This document shows positions 55,934-64,000 of a stretch of 64,000 bases of DNA, in pieces. The notes under the pieces are model-generated. The model had not been told where the DNA came from, made no database searches, and was given only the letters and a program-made list of their open reading frames with translations. The DNA is taken from positions 17,702 through 81,701 of the forward strand of contig DAOTUD010000185.1 of assembly GCA_034437275.1 (NCBI GenBank). The letters are read 5' to 3'. Position 1 is the stretch's first letter, and each line of letters opens with the position of its first letter. Both the position numbers and the translations under genes were made by a program. Source of the stretch: Anaerolineae bacterium (lineage in GTDB: Bacteria; Chloroflexota; Anaerolineae; Aggregatilineales; Aggregatilineaceae).

Positions 55934-57466
55934 TCAATCCAGATCGTAAATATCCTTGAACTTTGCGTTTAGATAGTCCAGGTACGGCTGGACGTTCAAC
56001 TCCTGCCCGGAGCAACGCTGCAAAATCTCGTTAGCGCTGTACGCGCGGCCATGACGGTAGAAGTGTTCGACTAGCCAGTTCAAGAGTGGTTGGTAATTAT
56101 CCTCGGCAAACGCCTGATCCAGATCGTTCACGTCGCGATGCGCAGCATCCAGCAATTGCGCCGACATCACATTCCCCACCGTATAGCCGGGGAAGGAACC
56201 AAACCCGCCGTCGGACCAGTGGATGTCTTGCAATACACCTTCGCTGTCGGTATGTGGTACCACTCCCAGGTATTCATCCATTTTGGCACGCCAGACGTCC
56301 GGCAAATCCTCGACCTTCAGCTTGCCCTCAAGCAGGCCCATCTCGATCTCTACACGCAGCATGATGTGCAGGTTGTAGGTTACCTCATCAGCTTCGACAC
56401 GGATCAGGCTGGGTTCGACCCGGTTCACCGCGCGATGGAACAGATCGACGTCGACACCCGCTAATTGCTCGGGGAAATAACTGCGCAGATCGTCAAAGTG
56501 CACGTCCCAGAAGGTCCGGCTGCGCCCGATCTGGTTTTCCCACAGGCGCGAAGATGCCTCGTGTGCGCCGTAGCTTGTACCACCAACGGCATACAGTCCC
56601 AGAAAATCTGTGGCGAGCGTGGTGCGCGTCAGTTGTGGATCGATGTTCTGCTCGTAGAGCGCGTGACCTGCCTCGTGCAATGTGCCAAAAAACGCCATTG
56701 GGAAGTAGTGCCGATCGTACCGTGTGGTGATACGCACGTCTTGCCGGGTGAACGAAATCTCGAACGGATGGGGCGCAACATCGAGCCTACCCCGTTCCAG
56801 ATCATATCCGATAGCCTGCGCCATTTTGAGCGCGAACGCGTACTGCTGTTCAATAGGATACGTTGCGGCCCAGAGATCTTTTTCGAGCGGTTTGTCGCGT
56901 TCCGTAATGCGGTGTAACAACGGCAGCAGTCCTGCTTTCAGATCATCGAACAGCACGCGCAGCTTCGCTGCCGTCATGCTCGGTTCGTACTCAAACACGA
57001 GTGCATCAAATGGGTGTTCCTGGTACCCGACAACATCAGCCAGTTCCTTTGCCAGATCTAGCATTTGCTGCAGGTAGGGCGCAAAACTGGCGAAGTCGTT
57101 GTTTTGTTTGGCCTGATGCCATACATGTTCTGACACGGGCGCCAGCGTTGCCTTGCGGCTGAGTAAATCAGCAGGAATTCGCTGCACGATGTCATAATAC
57201 TGGCGGGTCTGTTGAACCGCACGTGTCCGGTAAGAATCCGGGTCTTCCCCGGCAATTTCGTCTTCGGCAGCATCTAGCAATCGCGCGGTTTCATCACTGG
57301 CGAAGTGTTCGCGCGCCAGCCAGGAAAGCGTCGCCAGTTGGTGACCGCGTGTTTGCGATCCGCCAGCAGGCATCTGCGTGCGTGCATCCCACTTCAAAAT
57401 ATTGAGTGTGTTCAAAATGTCATTGAGTCGAGCAATGTGTGTATTGAGGTCGTCATAAGCTGACAT
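55934..57466 (-). CDS. M32 carboxypeptidase (Taq-type thermostable carboxypeptidase family)
   Basis: Start at MSAYDDL, after an AAGGAG RBS. Motifs HEAGHALYE, IRVEADEVTY, LQDIHWSDGGFGSFPGYTVG. Confidence 0.85.
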   Translation of the reverse strand: MSAYDDLNTHIARLNDILNTLNILKWDARTQMPAGGSQTRGHQLATLSWLAREHFASDETARLLDAAEDEIAGEDPDSYRTRAVQQTRQYYDIVQRIPADLLSRKATLAPVSEHVWHQAKQNNDFASFAPYLQQMLDLAKELADVVGYQEHPFDALVFEYEPSMTAAKLRVLFDDLKAGLLPLLHRITERDKPLEKDLWAATYPIEQQYAFALKMAQAIGYDLERGRLDVAPHPFEISFTRQDVRITTRYDRHYFPMAFFGTLHEAGHALYEQNIDPQLTRTTLATDFLGLYAVGGTSYGAHEASSRLWENQIGRSRTFWDVHFDDLRSYFPEQLAGVDVDLFHRAVNRVEPSLIRVEADEVTYNLHIMLRVEIEMGLLEGKLKVEDLPDVWRAKMDEYLGVVPHTDSEGVLQDIHWSDGGFGSFPGYTVGNVMSAQLLDAAHRDVNDLDQAFAEDNYQPLLNWLVEHFYRHGRAYSANEILQRCSGQELNVQPYLDYLNAKFKDIYDLD

Positions 57467-57485
57467 GTGAGCGCTCCTTAGCACT

Positions 57486-58499
57486 TCAGGATAACCGGTT
57501 TTTGAGCTCTTCAAGTGTTTCCAGACTTTGGGGGCGTCGCCCATTTTCGATATCGTGGATCAACTCGATCAGGCGGGCAGTCAACGGTGCTGGTACGCCT
57601 GCCTCCACACCGAGCTGCACGATCGGGCCGAGTTGTGCATCGACCTCGGTGCGTCGTTTGCGAACCGCCAGATCGCGCCAGATGCCACTGTGTGTTTTGG
57701 CTGATTTCCGATTGAACACCACCATATCATTCAGTGACTGCACTGCAATTGCCGGATCGGCATCAGGCATAAACGCCTGCGGATCGAACCCATTGAAGCC
57801 TTTCGGTGATATACTGCGTGCCTGGGCTACGGCCATTACTTCGCGTGCCAGACCGATATACACGTCCTGATAAGCAGGCCGCGCCAGGGCGTCAGCGATC
57901 GAATCATTGGTCAGCGCGGTGGCGAACAACTGCGCACCGTATGCCAGCTTGCCCCACAGATAGCCCCAGATATTGGCAGTGATAATCGCGCGGTCATCAA
58001 AGTCCAGCATCGTCTTATGCAAGGTCACCAGCCGATCAGTGGTCCGTCCGTCCAACTCGCCCAGAACGACTGCTGCCCGGTTGCCGCGCTGAATATGCCC
58101 TGGCTCGATGTAGTCTGCGCCAAAATTGACGAACGCGCCGATCGTTCGTTCCGCCCCAATGACATCAGCGATCACCCGTTCGTTGAGTCCATTCTGTATC
58201 GAGACGACATACCCCTCTGGGGCCACATGCGAAGCCAGCGCAGGCATCGCCTCGGCGGTGTGATGTGCCTTTACGCACAGCAAGATCGTGCGGTACGGGC
58301 CGCTGACGCGATCCGGGGTGAGGGCAGGCGCGTGCACGGTGAAGGTGTCCACCGGCCCGGAGATGTGCAAGCCGGATGCGTTGATCGCCGCCACATGATC
58401 GGCAGCGCGATCCACAAACGTGACGTCATGTCCGGCTCGCACCAGGTACGCCCCAATCGTGCCACCCATCGCGCCCGCGCCCCAGATCAGCAGTTTCAT
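57486..58499 (-). CDS. Ketopantoate reductase (PanE/ApbA) family oxidoreductase
   Basis: Rossmann N-terminus MKLLIWGAGAMGGTIGAYL. The ATG overlaps the upstream gene's TGA (ATGA). C-terminal ApbA-type helical domain. Confidence 0.7.
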   Translation of the reverse strand: MKLLIWGAGAMGGTIGAYLVRAGHDVTFVDRAADHVAAINASGLHISGPVDTFTVHAPALTPDRVSGPYRTILLCVKAHHTAEAMPALASHVAPEGYVVSIQNGLNERVIADVIGAERTIGAFVNFGADYIEPGHIQRGNRAAVVLGELDGRTTDRLVTLHKTMLDFDDRAIITANIWGYLWGKLAYGAQLFATALTNDSIADALARPAYQDVYIGLAREVMAVAQARSISPKGFNGFDPQAFMPDADPAIAVQSLNDMVVFNRKSAKTHSGIWRDLAVRKRRTEVDAQLGPIVQLGVEAGVPAPLTARLIELIHDIENGRRPQSLETLEELKNRLS

Positions 58500-59203
58500 G
58501 AGGTACCCCAATCCCCGGTGAGCAGCGCACGTGTTTCCTCGATCGCTACTTTCCAGATCGCTAACATCTCATCATCCGGTCGCTGGTAAACGCCGCCAAA
58601 GTTCCCATCACCGAGATAATCGCGCAGGGCCTGCGGTGCGAGAAGGCGCATCAGGTCCAGGTCGATCATCGGCTTCTGTTCGCTCGGCATCGCCGTGCTG
58701 GCGAGGCGTGTCCAGGGGAAATTCTCCGACCACGACGCATGCGAGGCGACCGGATCAGTTTCCAGCGTCTTGGCCCAGGTGCGTGGTGCATTCCACCAGT
58801 TGTGGAACTTGATCACTACTGCAGGGTGATCGGCCATCCATTCACCTGCATACGCCTGGGCAGGACTGTTGCCGCCGTGCCCGTTCACAATCAGGATGCG
58901 CTTGAAGCCCTGTTCCGCCAGGCCGTTTAGGATATCGCCAACTACACGCAGATAGGTCTCGACGCGCAGCGAGATCGTGCCCGGATATGCGCGGAAGTAG
59001 GGAGTGATCCCGTAGGCAAGCACCGGAAACACCGGAATGCCCAACGGCTCTGCGGCTTCGAGCGCCACACGTTCCGATAGGATGCTGTCGACGCTCAGGC
59101 TTAAGTAGGCGTGCTGTTCGGTGCTGCCCAGGGGCAGCACACAGCGGTCGTCGTGCTCGAGGTATTGCTCAACCTGCATCCAATTCATGTCGCTGATGCG
59201 CAT
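58496..59203 (-). CDS. Creatininase-family amidohydrolase
   Basis: Start at MRISDMNW, after a GGGAGA RBS. LPLGSTEQHAYLSL and IVNGHGGN fit the creatinine amidohydrolase family pattern. Confidence 0.7.
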   Translation of the reverse strand: MRISDMNWMQVEQYLEHDDRCVLPLGSTEQHAYLSLSVDSILSERVALEAAEPLGIPVFPVLAYGITPYFRAYPGTISLRVETYLRVVGDILNGLAEQGFKRILIVNGHGGNSPAQAYAGEWMADHPAVVIKFHNWWNAPRTWAKTLETDPVASHASWSENFPWTRLASTAMPSEQKPMIDLDLMRLLAPQALRDYLGDGNFGGVYQRPDDEMLAIWKVAIEETRALLTGDWGTS

Positions 59204-59216
59204 AGCTATGGTCTCC

Positions 59217-59999
59217 CTAAATCGAGCGCAGCTTGCCGCCATCCACGCGCAGCATTGCCCCGGTGATGTAGGATGCAGCGGGGGAAAGCAAGAATGCTGC
59301 GGCGGTGCCGTATTCATCGATAGTGCCCAGCCGCCCCAACGGGATCGAAGCGATACTCTGAGCGCGTACCTCGTCCACGCTGATGCCCAACTTGTTGGCC
59401 TTGTTTTCATCGAGTTGGGCGACACGCGCGGTGTCAATGCGGCCCGGAATCAACGTGTTTAGCCGGATACCATCCGGGGCGAGTTCGTCGGCTAATGACT
59501 TGATCAAACTGGCCACACCTGCCCGCATGACATTCGACAGAATCAACCTTCCGATCGGTTCGCGTACGCTGGACGACGTGCTGGCGACAATGGCTCCGCC
59601 GGCTGTCATGTGCGGCAAGACGGCACGGATCATGCGCACGGCGCTCATCAACGTTAACTCAAATGCCGCTTGCCACTGTTCTTCGGAGATGTCCGCGAAG
59701 GTCCCGGCAGGCGGACCTCCGGCATTGATGAACAACGCGTCGATGGTGCCCCACTCGGCAACCGTTTTCTCGACCCAGGCCTTGATAGCGGCTGGATCGC
59801 GCACATCACAGACGCTTGCCATCACGACGCCGCCGGTGTCGTCAACCAGACTGCTCGCTGCCGCCTGGATTTCGTCTTCGAGATGGCTGCAAATCGATAC
59901 GCGCGCGCCTTCGTTGGCCAGTGCACGCGCTGTACCGTATCCCAACCCTTGCCCGGCAGCGGCTACAAGCGCCACTTTACCTTTCAGTCCTAAATCCAT
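59217..59999 (-). CDS. SDR-family oxidoreductase
   Basis: VAAAGQGLGYG cofactor motif, INAGG, and the typical length of 260 aa. Confidence 0.75.
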   Translation of the reverse strand: MDLGLKGKVALVAAAGQGLGYGTARALANEGARVSICSHLEDEIQAAASSLVDDTGGVVMASVCDVRDPAAIKAWVEKTVAEWGTIDALFINAGGPPAGTFADISEEQWQAAFELTLMSAVRMIRAVLPHMTAGGAIVASTSSSVREPIGRLILSNVMRAGVASLIKSLADELAPDGIRLNTLIPGRIDTARVAQLDENKANKLGISVDEVRAQSIASIPLGRLGTIDEYGTAAAFLLSPAASYITGAMLRVDGGKLRSI

Positions 60000-60004
60000 G
60001 TCGT

Positions 60005-60934
60005 TTACCTCCCATTCTCAAAGCGCAGTTTTTGTGTCGGATCGGTGATCCCCACACGTTTGAAGATCCAGTCAATTTCTTCATGCGTTCCCTTGTCAAT
60101 CGGCGCGAAAGGATCGCGCGGTGTAGCATGTGCCATCGCCCCGCGACGGTAGAGCAGTTCCTTACGAATCGACAGATTGATCTTGGCCTGGTTCTCAAAG
60201 CGGATCAACGGCAGGTAGTGATCGAAAATTCGTTCAGCATCTGCTATACGGCCCGCCCGGTAAGCGTCGAAGACAGCGACCAGGATTTCTGTGAAAGCAA
60301 AACCTGTCATCGTGCCAGAAATGCCACGCCGGAGTTCTTCCAGCAGGAACATGCCGCCCAGGCCACCGAAGACCGCCAGCTTGTCCGTACGCGCCAGAAT
60401 CGCGCTGACCTTCTCCATTAGCGGCGGATCTTCCATCTTGATGTAACGCGTGTAGGGGTTTTGCTCCGCCAGAGTCGCCAGGAGGTCGGGGGATAAGAAT
60501 ACGTTGTTCGCCGCCGGAAAATCCTGTACCACTATCGGATTGTCAATCGCGCTGCCAATTTCGTCATACAGCGCCAGCACTTTCTCATCAGTCGGTGGAT
60601 CCATTGCAGGTGGTGCGATCATCACGCCGTTTGCACCCGCCTCAAACGCGGCTTTGCTGAGCGCGATGCAGGTTGCAAGCTCAGGATGGCTGGTCCCCAC
60701 TACAACCGGCACGCGCCCGTTTACCGTTTCCATCACGGCATCCATCACCTGCTTGCGTTCATCCACCGAAAGCTTGGCCGCTTCACCGAGGATAGCCAAA
60801 ATCGTCAGGCCGTACGCGTCCTTGTCGATCTGAAACTCGACCAGGGTGTGCAAGCTCTTCAGATCCAAACGTTGCTGTGCGTCGAAGGGTGTTGCCAGGA
60901 TGTTGAAAATACCAGCGATCTGCTGTGATTGCAT
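60005..60934 (-). CDS. Dihydrodipicolinate synthase/N-acetylneuraminate lyase family (class I aldolase)
   Basis: LAILGEAAKLSVDERKQVMDAV...GRVPVVVGTSH...AGANGVMIAPP matches the DapA-family layout. The exact reaction is unknown. Confidence 0.7.
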   Translation of the reverse strand: MQSQQIAGIFNILATPFDAQQRLDLKSLHTLVEFQIDKDAYGLTILAILGEAAKLSVDERKQVMDAVMETVNGRVPVVVGTSHPELATCIALSKAAFEAGANGVMIAPPAMDPPTDEKVLALYDEIGSAIDNPIVVQDFPAANNVFLSPDLLATLAEQNPYTRYIKMEDPPLMEKVSAILARTDKLAVFGGLGGMFLLEELRRGISGTMTGFAFTEILVAVFDAYRAGRIADAERIFDHYLPLIRFENQAKINLSIRKELLYRRGAMAHATPRDPFAPIDKGTHEEIDWIFKRVGITDPTQKLRFENGR

Positions 60935-60983
60935 GTCAAATTCCCTCCTAATTGTTATAGAGTGCTTGGCACTACAGATCTCA

Positions 60984-62312
60984 CTAAGGTGATTCAGATG
61001 TGACGTCGGGATGATACGGCATGCGTTTCCTGAAAATCAGCACGACGATCGCGCCATTCAGTAGTACGCCAGCGGCGACAATCCGCATGATCATGCCGAA
61101 CCCGTAGGTTTCCTGCCAAAACCCGCTGATCGCCGTCGCGGAGAACCAGCCGATATTCCACAGCACTATCCCGATACTGCTCGTGATATTGTGTAGATCG
61201 GGCGGTAGCGAATCCATGATCAGTGGTTGGTAAAGTGGTTGCATCATGTTGCGGAACGATATCGCGACCACATACACAACCACGCTCAATACCAAACCAG
61301 GTGCAAAACTGAGTCCCAGGAAGGCTATCGACGCTACACTCATCGCAATGCCTAAGGACCATGCACGCCCAAACTGCCGATCCCACCAGGGATTCGCCAA
61401 TGGCACCAACGCCATCCCCAGCCAACCCAGGCTGAGTATTGTGCCGACCGTCTTGTCCGGAATGGCGAAGGTGGTCCGAAAAAACAAGTTGTAAAACGGA
61501 AACGTCAGCCCGCCGGTAAAACCGAACACCAGCAAGGGTATCGACAGCCACACCAGGAGCTGCCAGGGAGTACGCCGGGAGTGGTCCAGGCCGCGAGCAT
61601 CCGTTATGATGGCGCGGATGTGCATATCCGGCACTCTGAGCAAAGGCAGCAGACTGAGTATCACGGTGATACCAGCCACCGCGATCGCAACCCGATACGC
61701 GAATGGCGTTTGCTCTGCGGTTACTCCTGATACCTGGGTGGCCCCAGGAAACAACTGAACAGCCATCAAGGGCAGCAGACCACCGATGAAGCTCCCCAAG
61801 GCCGTGGCCCCCATGCTCATCATGTTCAGGTACGCAAACGCGTGTGTTTCGTGTTCGCGCGATGACAGGCTGATCAACAGCGGTGCTGTCGCGATCTGCA
61901 CGGCACCCCAAAAAAAGCCCAGCAAAAAACGACTTACGCCTAGCACACCCAGGCTAGGCCAGATGATCAGCATGCCGAACGTAGCAGCGATCCCCCCGGT
62001 CGAATAGATGGTGATGCGCCGCGTACCGATACGGTTTGCCAGCAATCCCACCGGGAAGCTGGTCAGAAAACCACCCAGGCGAGGCAGAGATTGCAACAAC
62101 CCGATGGTTTCTGGACCATACCCCAGACTGACAAAGTAGAAGTTCAGAATCGCGTCACTGATACCAAGCAGACCAATATGCAATAGCGCCTGGAATACCA
62201 GGAACCACGCGACCCGCTGGTCAACGCCCGGCGGCGCAAACCGCACGCGTGGCACCGGAGTTGAAGTATCTGCACGTTCAGTCAAGATCGGTTTTTCAGT
62301 CACCAATGCCAA
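60984..62312 (-). CDS. MFS transporter
   Basis: 442 aa, about 12 predicted hydrophobic helices. GLLANRIGTRR loop (MFS motif A-like). Confidence 0.75.
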   Translation of the reverse strand: MALVTEKPILTERADTSTPVPRVRFAPPGVDQRVAWFLVFQALLHIGLLGISDAILNFYFVSLGYGPETIGLLQSLPRLGGFLTSFPVGLLANRIGTRRITIYSTGGIAATFGMLIIWPSLGVLGVSRFLLGFFWGAVQIATAPLLISLSSREHETHAFAYLNMMSMGATALGSFIGGLLPLMAVQLFPGATQVSGVTAEQTPFAYRVAIAVAGITVILSLLPLLRVPDMHIRAIITDARGLDHSRRTPWQLLVWLSIPLLVFGFTGGLTFPFYNLFFRTTFAIPDKTVGTILSLGWLGMALVPLANPWWDRQFGRAWSLGIAMSVASIAFLGLSFAPGLVLSVVVYVVAISFRNMMQPLYQPLIMDSLPPDLHNITSSIGIVLWNIGWFSATAISGFWQETYGFGMIMRIVAAGVLLNGAIVVLIFRKRMPYHPDVTSESP

Positions 62313-63546
62313 TCATCTTTTTACCTGCGATGAACGTTATTTTGACCTGTTCTAACGAGTCCAGATCATCCAGTGGATTGCCTGCGACGACAATCAGGTC
62401 TGCCGCTTTGCCGGGTTCCAGCGTGCCCAGTTTGCTTTCGAGCTTGCTTACTTGCGCGGCGATTATGGTTGCGCTGCGCAGCGCGTCGTAATTGTCACGT
62501 TTCACGCCCAGCTTGACCATAAACTTTAATTCAGGCGCGACCACGTCATGTCCTACGACGGGGCTGCCTGCATCGGTCCCAAATGCGATGGGGACGCCCG
62601 CTGCGGCAGCGTTGATGATCCCCGCATAGCGCGTGGAGTCCGCGACCGCCTTTTGCCGTTCCTCGATTTTCCATTCGGGAATGTTGTACTGACGCGCTAT
62701 CTCGGCCTGGGATTGCATCACCAGCGGGGCAAACGTGGTTACAATCGGGATACGCTTGTCGAGCAGCAGTTGGATTGTTTCCTCGGTCATCGAGCCGCCA
62801 TGCTCGATCACGTCCACACCGAAGGAGGCCATACGCTGAATGCAGTCGTTATAAGTGGCATGCGCGGTGACGGGCAGCCCGTGCCGGTGTGCTTCATCGA
62901 TCACGGCAGTGAGTTCGTCATCGGTGAATTCCAGCGTATCATGGCAGCCCATGATCTTGATCAGGTCGGCCCCCGCGCGCACCTGTTCACGCACGGCGCG
63001 GCGCATTTCATCCGCGCCGCTTGCTTCGCGGCAGCACCAGTAAGTGTGTCCGCCGGTCTGGATGATTGCTTCACCGGTGATCAGCAAGCGCGGCCCGGGG
63101 AATATACCCTGTTCGACTGCTTGCTTGGTGTAGATGTTAGCTTGATTCATGCCCAGGTCGCGCACGAGCGTGACCCCGGCACGCAGGCTCTTGAGCATGT
63201 TGGCGGCTGATTTATAGGCGCTGATCTCCGGCGGATCGTCCATCGACTGCCGCGCGAGGTCGTGTACGCCATCCCACGCCAGATGTGCGTGCGAGTTCAT
63301 CAGACCGGGCAGGATCGTCATCCCGTCACAATCAGTGATCTCGGTGCCTGCTTCGATCGCACCCCGATCGCTGAGCGCCCCAACAGCTTTTAGTTTGCCA
63401 TGTTCGATTTCAACAAATCCATTTTCGATAATCTCATCACCGACGCAAGTTAACACTCGCGCGTTTTTCAGTATGCGTTGGGGTGCTGGAATATCGAAAA
63501 TCGGCTTGATAATCTTCTGGTAACGCCATGCTGGTGGTTCGGGCAT
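62296..63546 (-). CDS. Amidohydrolase-superfamily metal-dependent hydrolase
   Basis: Start at MPEPPAW, after an AAAGGA RBS. HxH motif LMNSHAHLAW, then VTAHA, IEHG and the terminal FGTDAG Asp. Confidence 0.8.
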   Translation of the reverse strand: MPEPPAWRYQKIIKPIFDIPAPQRILKNARVLTCVGDEIIENGFVEIEHGKLKAVGALSDRGAIEAGTEITDCDGMTILPGLMNSHAHLAWDGVHDLARQSMDDPPEISAYKSAANMLKSLRAGVTLVRDLGMNQANIYTKQAVEQGIFPGPRLLITGEAIIQTGGHTYWCCREASGADEMRRAVREQVRAGADLIKIMGCHDTLEFTDDELTAVIDEAHRHGLPVTAHATYNDCIQRMASFGVDVIEHGGSMTEETIQLLLDKRIPIVTTFAPLVMQSQAEIARQYNIPEWKIEERQKAVADSTRYAGIINAAAAGVPIAFGTDAGSPVVGHDVVAPELKFMVKLGVKRDNYDALRSATIIAAQVSKLESKLGTLEPGKAADLIVVAGNPLDDLDSLEQVKITFIAGKKMIGIGD

Positions 63547-63599
63547 CGATGTTAATCCTTTCAAATCACAATGGGAGCACACGTTGTTCAGGTGGATGC

Positions 63600-64000
63600 G
63601 CAGCCAGAAAACGACTCGCAACCCGCGCATCGCTCGCTGTGACGATTACGCTGTTGATCGTGCGGTAGCCGTTCACGCCGGAGCGATATACTCCTCCTGT
63701 CCTAGCAGCGGCACAAACAGCCACGGATCACCGCTAGCCGGGACGTACAGGCCGAGCGGTCGTTCTGAAGGGCTGTGCACAAAGCCGGACGCATACACTA
63801 CGTTGTGCGCCGGTAGAATGCTTCACCCAGCGGCATCATGACAGCGTACTCTCCTGGCGCTGCATACCGGCACGCTCTGCCCGTGCGACGATACTGATCG
63901 CTGTGCCAGAAGGCGCGCGTACCACCCATTCAACTGGTTTGCGTGTCTGGTTCCATTGGCGCAGCCAGGGAGACCAGGTCGCCTTACGTTCGTCGCGCCC
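63600..64000 (-). pseudogene. Possible decayed fragment of an M24/creatinase-type N-terminal domain gene, running off the right edge
   Basis: Three short minus-strand reading segments lie in different frames. One is ...ARAERAGMQRQESTLS*. Another is MMPLGEAFYRRTT*. The third is VYASGFVHSPSERPLGLYVPASGDPWLFVPLLGQEE. Together they resemble the ...YLTGF...L.VP..G.P.L.VP..E pattern. There is no room for a catalytic domain before 63546. Confidence 0.25.

Overview
High-GC bacterial chromosomal window, about 60 CDS, tightly packed. The taxonomic guess is Chloroflexota-like; this is inference only, based on Pro/Thr-rich linkers, an NHLP-type small protein, a sortase and many SH3b-like or PPC secreted proteins. 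Most of the window is core metabolism and information processing. This includes kbl, holA, pyruvate:ferredoxin oxidoreductase, serS behind a T-box leader, RNase P RNA, leuS and tRNA-Ala(GGC). It also includes sdhCAB divergent from citrate synthase, transketolase and a polyprenyl synthase, plus signalling genes: a response-regulator/class III cyclase, a cNMP-binding histidine kinase, a GAF protein, a PAS kinase, a CheY-like receiver and a STAS protein. I saw no rRNA, CRISPR array or intact mobile element. The only mobile-DNA trace is a frameshifted tyrosine-recombinase remnant near 51.1-51.6 kb. To its right the sequence looks more A+T-rich and accessory: two secreted PPC-repeat proteins, then an 8-gene catabolic-looking operon. 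Four things seem most worth follow-up. (1) An Opp/Dpp-type ABC operon (9.9-17.4 kb) has no canonical solute-binding protein. It instead carries a 796-aa secreted protein with permuted FAS1 motifs and Cys-bracketed SH3b-like repeats between the permease genes, and both permeases have large extracytoplasmic insertions. (2) A zinc-ribbon-TIR fusion protein (49.3-49.9 kb). (3) The PPC-repeat pair and the uncharacterised 8-gene operon. (4) An NHLP-leader-like small protein between an M23 peptidase and a LysM protein. All functional calls come from reading motifs in the supplied translations; no database search was run.
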